Of a DNA stretch of 64,000 bases, positions 1 to 9,580 are shown in pieces. The notes under the pieces are model-generated. The model saw nothing but the letters and a program-made list of their open reading frames with translations, was not told where the DNA came from and did not search any database. A program made the translations under genes and the position numbers. Every line of letters begins with the position of its first letter. Position 1 is the first letter of the stretch. The stretch lies in assembly GCA_000146465.1 (NCBI GenBank), contig CP001950.1. One strand, given 5' to 3'.

Positions 1-716
1 AAAAGATCCACGTTATCCCCAATGGAATAGTCTCGGACATCTTCTATCCTAGGGAAAAAAAGCAGTCCGATGAAAGAATTGTTGTGGTAGCATCTAGACT
101 TATGTTTAGGAAGGGAATAGATCTGCTCATTGGAGCAATCCCACTAATCTGTAAGGGAGATCCAGAAGTGAGGATTATTATAGTGGGAGATGGGCCTATG
201 AAAGAAGGAATCGAACAGGTTTTAGACGAAAACGAGCTTTACGACAGAGTGGAGATAATTTGTGAGGTAGATCACGGAGAGGTTGGAGATATAATGAGAA
301 GGGGTGATGTCTTTCTCAATACATCCTTAACAGAGACCTTTTGCATAGCCATAGTTGAGGCAGCTTCGTGTGGCCTCCATGTTGTAAGTACCAACGTCGG
401 TGGGATCCATGAAGTCTTACCTCCAGACATGATAACATTCAGCAAAATTACATCTGAAGACCTTGCCGAGAAAGTACTGATGGCTTTGAAAAAAAACAAT
501 CATAATCCGCAGGATTATAACAAAAGACTTAGAAACATATATAGCTGGGAAAGAGTAGCAAAGATGACTGAAAAGGTGTATGTTGACATCAAAGAAACTT
601 CTCTCAGCTACTTGGACAGGAGAAAGGAGTTTAAGGGCGCCACAGGCTTTATTTCGAGATTCATGATAACCATGGAGTATATATTCCTCTTTTTCCTTGG
701 TGGAAAGAGCAGGTAA
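1..716 (+). CDS. GPI3: Phosphatidylinositol N-acetylglucosaminyltransferase catalytic subunit (PIG-A/Gpi3), C-terminal part. The gene starts upstream of the window; the frame is open from nt 3.
   Basis: The frame is open from the window edge (KIHVIPNGIVSDIFYPREK...). It carries the GT4 glycosyltransferase C-terminal motifs typical of PIG-A: ASRLMFRKGIDLL, EVRIIIVGDGP, FLNTSLTETFCIAIVEAASCGLHVVSTNVGGIHEVLP. The ORF-track M at 84 is internal. Confidence 0.7.
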   Translation, partial: KIHVIPNGIVSDIFYPREKKQSDERIVVVASRLMFRKGIDLLIGAIPLICKGDPEVRIIIVGDGPMKEGIEQVLDENELYDRVEIICEVDHGEVGDIMRRGDVFLNTSLTETFCIAIVEAASCGLHVVSTNVGGIHEVLPPDMITFSKITSEDLAEKVLMALKKNNHNPQDYNKRLRNIYSWERVAKMTEKVYVDIKETSLSYLDRRKEFKGATGFISRFMITMEYIFLFFLGGKSR

Positions 717-749
717 GACAGCGGTAGCATTATTTATCCATTGGACACT

Positions 750-2027
750 TTATTGAAAACTAAAATCTGCTGGAAGCTCCTTGATGGTGGTGTTATAGAA
801 TCTTTCGATTGCCTTTAGGTTTTTTAGCTCATGTTCATAAACTATGTTTATAGCTATTCCTTTTCTTCCATATCTTCCAGACCTTCCTATCCTGTGGATG
901 TAAGTGCTTTTCCTCTCGAACGACGGCACATCGAGACAGAACACTACAGAGAGATTCTGGATGTCAATTCCTCGCGAAAGCAACCCTGAAGAGATCAGAC
1001 ATCTTCCAGTTCCCCCACGGAATCTGTTCAAAGTTCTTTCCCTCTCAGCCTGTGTTAGTTCTGCAGATATGAGCTCACACTCCCACTCATGCTTGATCAG
1101 CCAGTCATACACTATTCTAGCATCCTCTTTACTGTTGATAAACACAATTGATTGACCCAAGCGTTGCTTGCGGAATATATCATATAGAGTTACAAGCTTT
1201 GGAAGTAGATAGTCTTCTCTTCCCTTTCGGAATGGTGGCTCCTTCTTCAAGTCGATGAAGTATTGCCTTATTCCTTTTAGTGTTTGATCGTTGTACCTTA
1301 GATCGATTATCACCGGATTAATAAGGATCTCCTCACTAACGCGAAGCTCCTCCTCATCGTATGTGGCCGAAAACATTGCTATTTGAACCTCATCCTTGTT
1401 TGTGATTCTTCTGAATATTGACTTCACCTGCTCCTGGAACCCTGCCTTCAGCATCTCGTCGGCCTCGTCAATCACAAATAATTTAATGTTGTCCATGTTC
1501 AGCTCGTTTATGTTGATCATGTGCTCAACTCTTCCAGGCGTTCCAACAACAATATGAGGCCTCTTCTCAAGTGCTATCTTATCTGCAGAAATAGGACTCC
1601 CTCCAGAAAGCAAGGCTACTCTTGCTCCCATAAAACATCCAAGATCCTCAAATCTTGCTGCATTCTGTGCTGCAATTTCCCTTGTTGATGCAAGTACGAG
1701 GATCTGCGTAACATCCTGGCTCATATCGCATATCTGAAGTGCTGCCACCGCAAATGCTCCTGTCTTTCCAGTTCCACTTTGTGCCTGTGCCCTTATATCT
1801 CTCCCGTCTATTATTGGCTGGATTGCTGCCTTCTGGATAAATGATGGCGTCTCAAACCCTATCCCATAAATCCCTTTCAAAAGGTCCTCCTTCAGCCCAT
1901 AATCTTCCCACGTATCAAACATCCGAATCTGGGACGAATCGCTTCTCAGATCCTCAAAATCCCTAACTTCCACATTGCTACTTTTCAAGTCTTCAAAATC
2001 TTCCTCTCGTTCCAGCGCCTGTTTCAT
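750..2027 (-). CDS. DEAD-box RNA helicase of the eIF4A family (eIF4A or eIF4AIII/Fal1)
   Basis: Q-motif and motif I resemble eIF4A (GFETPSFIQKAAIQPIIDGRDIRAQAQSGTGKTGAF). It also has DEAD (VIDEADEM), SAT, and HRIGRSGRYGRKGIAINIV, which is close to the eIF4A HRIGRxGRFGRKGVAINFV. The track start at 2069 is a TTG, and the first ATG gives a start at 2027 (MKQALE...). Confidence 0.7.
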   Translation of the reverse strand: MKQALEREEDFEDLKSSNVEVRDFEDLRSDSSQIRMFDTWEDYGLKEDLLKGIYGIGFETPSFIQKAAIQPIIDGRDIRAQAQSGTGKTGAFAVAALQICDMSQDVTQILVLASTREIAAQNAARFEDLGCFMGARVALLSGGSPISADKIALEKRPHIVVGTPGRVEHMININELNMDNIKLFVIDEADEMLKAGFQEQVKSIFRRITNKDEVQIAMFSATYDEEELRVSEEILINPVIIDLRYNDQTLKGIRQYFIDLKKEPPFRKGREDYLLPKLVTLYDIFRKQRLGQSIVFINSKEDARIVYDWLIKHEWECELISAELTQAERERTLNRFRGGTGRCLISSGLLSRGIDIQNLSVVFCLDVPSFERKSTYIHRIGRSGRYGRKGIAINIVYEHELKNLKAIERFYNTTIKELPADFSFQ

Positions 2028-2095
2028 AGGGGTAAATTTTTCTTCAAATAATTTCTTTTTCTTCAGCAATCTTCCTTGGGATTACTAAGATCTAT

Positions 2096-2305
2096 ATGCT
2101 TCCCCCACAAGAAAGCCCTTCCATGAGCTTGTCTCTCCATGAAAGAAAGGAAAGAATCCTCAAAAGACTGGAGTTTACCCTTGAAAACACACATTCCATC
2201 ATCTGTGACATAAATACCAGGCTAGAAAAAATAGTTGACAATTCAAAGGTCCTTGAGAGAGTTGTAGATGCCTATGAAATATGGTCCCGAAAAAACTCCT
2301 TCTGA
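2096..2305 (+). CDS. Possible small coiled-coil protein of 69 aa in the divergent promoter region, function unknown; faintly resembles DASH Dad1
   Basis: Complete ATG-to-stop ORF lying between two diverging genes. Its C-terminus, VLERVVDAYEIWSRKNSF, faintly resembles the Dad1-family LW..F tail. There is no strong domain evidence. Confidence 0.25.
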   Translation: MLPPQESPSMSLSLHERKERILKRLEFTLENTHSIICDINTRLEKIVDNSKVLERVVDAYEIWSRKNSF

Positions 2306-2401
2306 GATATGTCTAATTCATCCAAATAAAGCTTTTTTCCAAAATCTAAGCATCTAACCTGAAACATTCCTAGCTCAAAACCATGCCTGAGAGTCGTAAA
2401 C

Positions 2402-3565
2402 ATGGCCACAACACTGGCTTCTGGATATGTGACACTCCTCAAGACATCTATAGGTAGTGGCATTCTTTCCTTTCCTTACCTATTCAAGACTTACGGAATC
2501 CTCACAGGAATTGCCTTAACAATGGTCTCAGGCTTTTTCTCGGTACTGGGCCTCATCCTCTATGCAATTTGTAGCCAGGAACTAGGAAGAACTGCTACTC
2601 TCTCAAGGCTTGCCACAGAGAGTATGCCATATACAAGGATAATAGTCGACCTTTCTGTATTTCTCAAGTGCTTTGGAGTTGCACTTTCATATCTCATAAT
2701 CACAAGACAGCTTCTGCCAGTACTAATAGAAACAATCTTTGGGGCTTCAATTCTATCTGATCCAAACGTTTCTCTCCTAGCATTTATATCATGCATAGGG
2801 CCCTTTGCCTACTTCAATAGACTGGACAAGCTAAAGTACACATCTCTATGTGGGGTTATTGCAATAGTCGTAGTGGTGATTGCATCACTCTACAGGTACG
2901 AATACACCCCAGTCTCTGCAACGAATTCCATAGAGTATTTTGCCCCGCTTTCCTACGCCTGGGCCGGCGGGTTCGGAAAGTTTGTATTCTCTTTCACTTG
3001 CCACCAGAACATATTCGCAATCCATTCAGAAATGGAGGACAACTCCTTCCCCAGAATGAAGAGACTTATCTACATGGTTGCCTCCTCGGCTGCCATCATA
3101 TACATTTCCTTTGGAATCCTGAACTATCTTCTTTATGGAAAAGCTGTCAAAGATAATGTCCTAGAAAACTATCCAAACGACGTCTTGGCTTCTGTAGTTA
3201 GAGGTTTGTACATAGTGGTCATGGGTGTCTCCTACCCACTCCAGGTAAATCCTTGTAGAAGCCATCTCATAAACATCATTGCCTTTTCACAGAGATCAGA
3301 AAAGCTCCTGAGATTCGCCGTCACAACAGGCATCATCATATCAACATGTCTTCTTGCAGTTTCGGGGATGAGTCTTGGTATCATATACTCAGTAATCGGC
3401 GCAACCGCCTCCACATTTATGTGTCTAATATTCCCTGCTCTCTTCTACTTCAACATGAACATCACTAAACCAAAGGGACTTATTTTCCTATCCTATACGG
3501 CATTTCTGTTTGGAATCTTCGTTTTCAGCGCATCTCTCTTCAGCATCATACTTCGCAACATCTAG
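2402..3565 (+). CDS. Amino acid transporter with the transmembrane Aa_trans/AVT fold
   Basis: The N-terminus, TLLKTSIGSGILSFPYLFKTYGILTGI, is typical of Aa_trans family transporters. About 10-11 hydrophobic helices are predicted. Start codon is ATG. Confidence 0.6.
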   Translation: MATTLASGYVTLLKTSIGSGILSFPYLFKTYGILTGIALTMVSGFFSVLGLILYAICSQELGRTATLSRLATESMPYTRIIVDLSVFLKCFGVALSYLIITRQLLPVLIETIFGASILSDPNVSLLAFISCIGPFAYFNRLDKLKYTSLCGVIAIVVVVIASLYRYEYTPVSATNSIEYFAPLSYAWAGGFGKFVFSFTCHQNIFAIHSEMEDNSFPRMKRLIYMVASSAAIIYISFGILNYLLYGKAVKDNVLENYPNDVLASVVRGLYIVVMGVSYPLQVNPCRSHLINIIAFSQRSEKLLRFAVTTGIIISTCLLAVSGMSLGIIYSVIGATASTFMCLIFPALFYFNMNITKPKGLIFLSYTAFLFGIFVFSASLFSIILRNI

Positions 3566-3612
3566 CCCACTACTCCTACAAAAATTTATGTTCTTTTGTT
3601 TTGTCCAGAAAC

Positions 3613-4314
3613 ATGAACTCGAAGGAAATAGAAAGATACTTCAGAAAGAAAAGACAGTATCTGAGTAAGGAGGAGTACAGGACAATAGTTGAGGTATTAA
3701 GGAGGCTGGAAAATGCCGAAAAAACCTCAAACAAGCACCTTGCAGAGGAGATGAAAAACAAAGGAAATGAAGAATACAATGCCGGAGATTTCCAATCGGC
3801 TATAGACTCATATACCCAAGCTATCATCTACGACCCGACTAACGCAGTCTATCTATCAAATAGAGCTGCTGCCTACTCAAAGCTCGGAATGGTAGAAAGT
3901 GCAATCGAAGACTGTGAAAGAGGACTGAAAATCGATTGCAAATTTGTAAAGCTATATATAAGGCTTGGAATGCTGCATCTCGACAGAGATAAGGAAAAGG
4001 CATGCCAGATCTTCAAAAGGGGGCTGGAGATCGATCCAGAAAACAAGACACTAAAAAGACAGCTTGCCCTCCTTCAGGAAAAAACTCCCGATCAGTCTTT
4101 GAAATCTTCCAAATCCCCCTCTCTGGACGACATGGTCAAGAACATAAACATGGAAGCCCTTAAAGACAGCAAGATCGATTTCAACTCTTTTTTCAACAAC
4201 AAGAACATTAAAGATGTCTTGGATACAGTCATCAAAGACAAATCTCCTAAGGATCTGATGGAAATGGTCAAAGATGTGATTGAGGCAATGGGAGGTCAGG
4301 ACTGCAAAAAATAA
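3613..4314 (+). CDS. SGT2: Small glutamine-rich TPR co-chaperone (SGT/Sgt2-like)
   Basis: The three-TPR block [65 protein letters not shown] is nearly collinear with the SGTA TPR block (AERLKTEGNE...[32 protein letters not shown]). The track start at 3601 is a TTG, and the first ATG is at 3613. Confidence 0.7.
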   Translation: [233 protein letters not shown]

Positions 4315-4701
4315 ATCTTTCTAATGGCATGAGTTTTCGAAGAAAGAATAGAAACATTAGACAAAAATGTAGTTCCAAAACTATGAGAAGCACAGAAGGG
4401 CCTTCAACTCTCGAGGAACCCTCATGTCCCATGTGTGTAACGAATGGATGGAATAACCACTATTCTGACTAAACATGGGAGGCAAAAGCCAGGGGTGATC
4501 GGATCTACTAAATTAAACAAAATATTCTAATTTAATGAGACTCTGCACACTCTCCCGGACCTTTGTTCACTTGCCTAGCTCTTCTAACCAAGTAAAATTA
4601 GAAGAAACATCAGTCAAGTCAATCCAGTCATGAATCCCAGTCTTCCATTGGTTCTATCGATATAGCATGTTTTCTTTAAAATCATCCTAATCCCTTAGAA
4701 C

Positions 4702-5526
4702 ATGAAGTATTGCTTTTGCAGATGTTTCGAAGAGTCAAAGAACTTGGTGAAGATAGGCCTTGTTGACAGGATATTCAGAAGAGATGCCGACGAAAAAACA
4801 AAAAGCATGTGTCATCTTCTTTGCCTAAAACTTACAAACAACGGAAACATAAAAAGAAATGGAAGATGGGGATTCCAACCAGTCCTAGGAATGACTGAGT
4901 TCTTCTCAGCCCTTTTTTCGTTCATGAACCTCATAACAAACATCTTCTGCTTCCATAGAATGCTGAAGAAACACCTTCGGGTGACAAGATTGGGTAAGCT
5001 ATACTACATCCAATACTACATATGCAACCTGGCATTCATCTCCAGTACCCTCTTTCACATTCATGAGACCCCCTTTACAAGAAATTGCGACTATTTCCTA
5101 GCATTTCTAACAATTCTCTTCGGTTTCTATATGGCGCTTGTTAGAGTCATCCTCATGGCAAGCCCTTCCATGGAAAGAGCCATAAGAAAGCCACTCCAGC
5201 TTATCTTCACTCTGTTCTATGCATACCATATTCACAGAATGTCCAATATAGAATTTGACTACGTATACAATAAGATATCCTGCACCATCATCATCGCATT
5301 CACCCTTTTGTCACATCTGATAACATTCCTCAAGTACCGAAGAATGGAACACTCCAAAAACATCCTTCTGTTCACATTTTTCTTCTTTCTTGCAGGAGCA
5401 ATAGAGATCCAGGATGTGCCTCCATATGCCTATCTCATCGACTCCCATGCCATTTGGCATTTGATCTCTTGCATCTCAACGCCGTTCTACCTTCTCTTCT
5501 GGAGTGGAGACGTCTATATGCATTGA
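4702..5526 (+). CDS. PER1: PER1/PGAP3-family GPI-lipid remodelling membrane protein
   Basis: RWGFQPVLGMTEFFSALFSFMNL matches the PER1 'W.F.R.LG.QE..S..FS..N' block. It is multi-pass, contains conserved His residues, and the C-terminal HAIWHLIS matches the PGAP3/Per1 HAIWH motif. No N-terminal signal peptide appears in this ORF. Confidence 0.55.
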   Translation: MKYCFCRCFEESKNLVKIGLVDRIFRRDADEKTKSMCHLLCLKLTNNGNIKRNGRWGFQPVLGMTEFFSALFSFMNLITNIFCFHRMLKKHLRVTRLGKLYYIQYYICNLAFISSTLFHIHETPFTRNCDYFLAFLTILFGFYMALVRVILMASPSMERAIRKPLQLIFTLFYAYHIHRMSNIEFDYVYNKISCTIIIAFTLLSHLITFLKYRRMEHSKNILLFTFFFFLAGAIEIQDVPPYAYLIDSHAIWHLISCISTPFYLLFWSGDVYMH

Positions 5527-5711
5527 TCCTATACAATAAACCTCATTCTTATCCATAATAAATTGATTTCCCTTATTGTGTTTCCCCTTTCTCCTATTGA
5601 TCACAAAATAATATCCTATCAACTAATATATAATCTGTTTTGATTTCTGTTTAATTATCCTAATATGGAAAAGATGTTATATATAAAGTAAGACCCATTC
5701 TACCCTACCAA

Positions 5712-7379
5712 ATGGATTTCAATCAACTTAAAAGACTTACGGAGTATGCAAAGATAATTGAAGGTATCGGCGACAAAGAAGCCGTAAAACACCTAGAAAG
5801 TGCTATTGAGTCCTTTCTTAAAGAAGTTGAAAGCCTCTTGGATAAAGTTACTAATCTTGGAGGGAATTTGGAAAAAGCTGCAGAAGGAGCCGATAGTGAA
5901 GGGATTTGCCAAAATGCCTGCCAGAAATTGACTAATCTATCTGGTCTTCTTAAAAAAGCTAAGGAAAGTTGTTGTGGAAAGGGGCCTCACAAGTGTACTA
6001 CCTTATTCAAGAGTATTGATGATGTACTCAAGGAAGTCACCGAAGAAGGTCTTGATAACACACTTGGAGGACTCAAAGATTTCCTCGGAATCTTTAAGGG
6101 GGATGAAACATTAGGAGAGGATATTCGTGAAGAGGTAAAAGCAACTACAACAACTATTGAGAAGTTTTTGGAATCTAAATTTGATGATAAATTAACGGAA
6201 GAAACTCTTAGTTGCTTTAAGAAATGCTTTAGTGGAACAGTATGCGAAGAGCAATGCGCCTCCGATTTTTCAGAGGGTCTTCAGGGAAAAGTAGACCAGT
6301 TAAAAATATTGGTTGACGAATGCCCAAAAGAAGAAGTTAAGGGTCAACTCACTGAACTTTTTGAACAAGTTTGTGCTTTGTCTAATAACATTCAGGAGAT
6401 GGCCGCTGCACCTGAGAATGTTTTTAAACATTCTTGTGGACAACTTGCTAATTTTTCTCAAGTAAGTGAAGAATTCCGTTCGGAACTTAGAAAGGTGAAA
6501 GGAACCTTGAAGGATATAAGCGAAAAACTTATTGATTTAGAAAAGAAAAGTGAAGAAATTAGAAAACTTACAAGAAAGGGATTTTTTGAAAGACTTCAAG
6601 ATTTTTACCAAAGACTCAAGGAAAATATACTGTCGATAAACACTGGAAGTTTATATGGAAATCTATGCTTGGCATTCTTGGGAATTCTGGTCATACAGAT
6701 CATCATTTGGAGCTTTGGAAGGGAGGATGAAGAGACTGATTTCCAAAAAGCATGGAATACGACAGTATACTTCATAGCTGTAGTGGTAAGTATTATATAT
6801 CTCCAGTGGCTGGCGAATAAGGGATATAAAAGTAGCAGTGGCATTGGAGATACTCTAAAGAAAGAGTGGCCAACCATTTTGAGCACAATTCCGATGATGA
6901 TAGGAATTCTGAATTTTGGGCCAATAAAGAGCAGCATTTATGCTTTGACAATGGCTGCTACTGCTGTCGTGATGCTTTATGCACAGAATCTTGTGAGAAC
7001 AAACAATATGTCTAAAAAGGGGATGCTCTTAGTTGGGGTCGGGAACTTGATTATAATTTTGGCATACTTCACTGGGCCTGAGTCGTCTTTTATGCCTACT
7101 ATTAGTGGTCCTAACTACCGTGCGTATACTGCACTTATCATATTCGTCATTCTTCTCCTTATCATATCATACCTGGAACGAAACCTCCCAAAGGAGGAGG
7201 TATTGAAAGAAGGAACACCGGGAACGAAGGGACTTGCCTATTGGATTAGTTACGCATTGTTCGCATTAACGCTGATCACGGTTACTTGGGTGTCTTACAT
7301 GGCAGGAAGTGACTACCATCAACTTTATGGTTCCAACAATAGCACTAAGCCTTTAAACGACGATTTCTTTAATTCATGA
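5712..7379 (+). CDS. Hypothetical protein with a roughly 300-aa helical, Cys-containing N-terminal domain and a C-terminal polytopic membrane domain of about 6-7 TM
   Basis: Long ATG-initiated ORF with no recognisable family motif. Cysteines recur as CQNACQ, CCGKGPHKC, CFKKCFSGTVCEEQC. The C-terminal half is strongly hydrophobic. Confidence 0.5.
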   Translation: MDFNQLKRLTEYAKIIEGIGDKEAVKHLESAIESFLKEVESLLDKVTNLGGNLEKAAEGADSEGICQNACQKLTNLSGLLKKAKESCCGKGPHKCTTLFKSIDDVLKEVTEEGLDNTLGGLKDFLGIFKGDETLGEDIREEVKATTTTIEKFLESKFDDKLTEETLSCFKKCFSGTVCEEQCASDFSEGLQGKVDQLKILVDECPKEEVKGQLTELFEQVCALSNNIQEMAAAPENVFKHSCGQLANFSQVSEEFRSELRKVKGTLKDISEKLIDLEKKSEEIRKLTRKGFFERLQDFYQRLKENILSINTGSLYGNLCLAFLGILVIQIIIWSFGREDEETDFQKAWNTTVYFIAVVVSIIYLQWLANKGYKSSSGIGDTLKKEWPTILSTIPMMIGILNFGPIKSSIYALTMAATAVVMLYAQNLVRTNNMSKKGMLLVGVGNLIIILAYFTGPESSFMPTISGPNYRAYTALIIFVILLLIISYLERNLPKEEVLKEGTPGTKGLAYWISYALFALTLITVTWVSYMAGSDYHQLYGSNNSTKPLNDDFFNS

Positions 7380-7412
7380 TTAACAATAAACTTTATTCAT
7401 GATTAACAATAA
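7372..7412. repeat. Tandem direct repeat, 2 copies of about 18 nt with period 23 (ATTCATGATTAACAATAA), spanning the stop codon and 3' flank of the 5712..7379 gene
   Basis: Copy 1 lies at 7372-7389 and copy 2 at 7395-7412 and they are identical. The TGA stop at 7377-7379 sits inside copy 1. Confidence 0.6.
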
Positions 7413-7666
7413 TAAAAAATCTTTTTGTTTAGAATAAGACCTTACTTCTCCTTCTCAAGAAAGTGATCAAAGTAATTAAAATACAATTCTTTTATGAGTT
7501 GAAAGCGTATAGAATAGACAAAACTTCTTTCAAGTGGAATTCTCTTCCAGGCTCTATATTTAATAATATGAGCACATTGGATGGAATGTTTGGAGTCCTT
7601 TCATATCTTGTGCCTGTTCTCTATATAAGGTAATCCTTATATTAGAAATCAAAACAAACCCCAAGG

Positions 7667-9040
7667 ATGTTTGGAATTATGCTTGGCACTGTTTTTTTTT
7701 CAGGTTATGCTATGGCCGAGGCAGTCCACATGCAAGACAGCACTCTACTTGACAATCTCAAGATTGTTCCGAGTCCGTCTATGATTGGAATGGTAAGGGA
7801 CATGAAGAGCATTGTTTCGTATGTATCTGAAGATGAGAAGTTTGATGGGGAGGGAATTAAGATAAAGCATGATGGAAGAATGTTTGTTGTTTCAAAAGCT
7901 GAGGATGTTGAAGGAGCTGTAAACATTCTGAAGAAGTATCCTGCACCGACAGAGGAGGTTATTAAAACCATAAAATCCTCTGATGGAAAAGGAATTGAGG
8001 GAAACTTTATCATATACTTCCTGGACAATTCTGGATACAAGGAGAAGCTTGTAGGGAGTAGAGAAGGGTTGAATGTGTTTGTGTCTACTGATCCTGCCCT
8101 TGCATCTCTTTTGGATGCTTCTATTCCAGGAATATATGGATATAATGGAAGGGATAGGCTTTCGTACAAGTTCCCCTTTAGTGATAAGAATGCCACAAAA
8201 ATCTTTTCACTGACCAATCTTCCGATATTTGGATTTACTTCTGCAGAGAGCATTTCGTTGTATAGGTCATTGGATGGAACCATTTTCTATATTTTCTTTA
8301 ATCCATCCAGCAGTTTGGATGTCCTTAATGGGTACTCTGGAGTTTTGGATGACTTTAGGTACGATGTTCGAGTGATACTGATTCCAAGTGTCAAGGACGG
8401 CATCAATCTTGAGGACTACGGGCTAACGGAAAAAGATCTTCCAGGATGCATATCTATCAGCGAGGACGGAGGGAAGTATATCCTAAGGAATGTGACCAAG
8501 GAAAGCATTTCGGAATTTGTCAAGGATGTGTTGGGAGGAAAAGCTGAGGCGTTTTATAAATCCCAGGAGGAACCAAAAGATAACGGCAGTAAAAATGTTA
8601 AGGTGGTTACTAGAAACAACTCCAAGACATACCTTGGGGATGTTTCCAAGGACAGACTGGTTGTATTTGGAACCGAGAGATGCCCGCATTGCATCCGAAT
8701 TAAGCCGACACTTGAAAAGTTAGGGGAGATAGTAAAGAACAATGCAGATGACAAGGTGTTTATTGGATACTGTGATGTTGATATGAACGACATGAATGAC
8801 GTTGAGATTCGCTTTGTTCCGACCATTCTACTTTATAAGGCTGGAGAAAACAAGAGCATTCAGTACTCTGGTGGAGAAAGAAACCTCTTGAATTTAATTA
8901 CCTTTATCCGGGAGTCTGGAAGCCTAGGTGTTGATCTTTCGAAGTTTGCGGGTCAGGAAGATGAATCCGAGAAGAGGAAGTTTGAGGCTGGCAAGGAGGC
9001 CACTGGGTCTTGGGGAGAAGATGCAAGGGCAGAACTCTAA
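7667..9040 (+). CDS. Secreted thioredoxin-fold protein, protein disulfide isomerase-like
   Basis: The N-terminal signal peptide is MFGIMLGTVFFSGYAMA. A C-terminal thioredoxin domain carries the CxxC active site (VVFGTERCPHCIRIKPTLEKL...FVPTILLYKAG). The acidic C-terminus ends ...RAEL. Confidence 0.55.
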   Translation: MFGIMLGTVFFSGYAMAEAVHMQDSTLLDNLKIVPSPSMIGMVRDMKSIVSYVSEDEKFDGEGIKIKHDGRMFVVSKAEDVEGAVNILKKYPAPTEEVIKTIKSSDGKGIEGNFIIYFLDNSGYKEKLVGSREGLNVFVSTDPALASLLDASIPGIYGYNGRDRLSYKFPFSDKNATKIFSLTNLPIFGFTSAESISLYRSLDGTIFYIFFNPSSSLDVLNGYSGVLDDFRYDVRVILIPSVKDGINLEDYGLTEKDLPGCISISEDGGKYILRNVTKESISEFVKDVLGGKAEAFYKSQEEPKDNGSKNVKVVTRNNSKTYLGDVSKDRLVVFGTERCPHCIRIKPTLEKLGEIVKNNADDKVFIGYCDVDMNDMNDVEIRFVPTILLYKAGENKSIQYSGGERNLLNLITFIRESGSLGVDLSKFAGQEDESEKRKFEAGKEATGSWGEDARAEL

Positions 9041-9077
9041 TGAATTAAATGTAAGTCCTTGGAATCCTTTTTTGTAT

Positions 9078-9557
9078 ATGTCCCTTCTGAAGATGGATAT
9101 CCCAAGCATCATTCTTAGGCTTTTAACAGATGGAATTGTGGATGGAGAGTATCATGATTCTTTGAGTTCTCTAAATGAGCTCCTCAGGCCTATACAGTAT
9201 GAAGCCGTTGGATGGCCAGATGGATCATGTATTGTTCTAAAGGATAACCATAGTTCATATCCTCCTGATTCTAGAACAAAAGAAATAGAGGATGTGTTCA
9301 AAAAAGTTGTACGGGGGATTTCTGTTTCTGGAGAAGTGGTAGATATGCTTATTAGAGAGAGATGGATGGAAAGCACCTCAGAAGGATACCGATTGAGTAA
9401 AAGGTCATTAGTGCAGCACAAAGACTTTATTCTTGGATTGGGAGAAGGATACACAGTATGTGATGTTTGTGGATTTCTTAGATCTGAGAATGAAGTTCAT
9501 AAGTTCTGCAAGGAACTTTTAGAAAGCGAAAGAGGCTTTGGAAGAAAAAAGAATTGA
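9078..9557 (+). CDS. Hypothetical protein, about 160 aa
   Basis: ORF read from the first ATG that does not overlap the upstream gene. No family motif recognised. Confidence 0.35.
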   Translation: MSLLKMDIPSIILRLLTDGIVDGEYHDSLSSLNELLRPIQYEAVGWPDGSCIVLKDNHSSYPPDSRTKEIEDVFKKVVRGISVSGEVVDMLIRERWMESTSEGYRLSKRSLVQHKDFILGLGEGYTVCDVCGFLRSENEVHKFCKELLESERGFGRKKN

Positions 9558-9580
9558 TATCCCATTACCAGGAACCCCAG

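Noticed and set aside
4315-4701. Box C/D or H/ACA snoRNA in the large gap upstream of PER1
   Set aside because: I could not find a convincing C box (RUGAUGA), a D box (CUGA) pair with terminal complementarity, or an ACA box at the right spacing. Left as an open possibility needing an Rfam scan.
7692-7700. The T9 run near the 5' end of the PDI-like gene as a frameshift site
   Set aside because: It lies in-frame inside the signal-peptide coding region (FFFS) and the downstream frame, including the thioredoxin domain, is intact.
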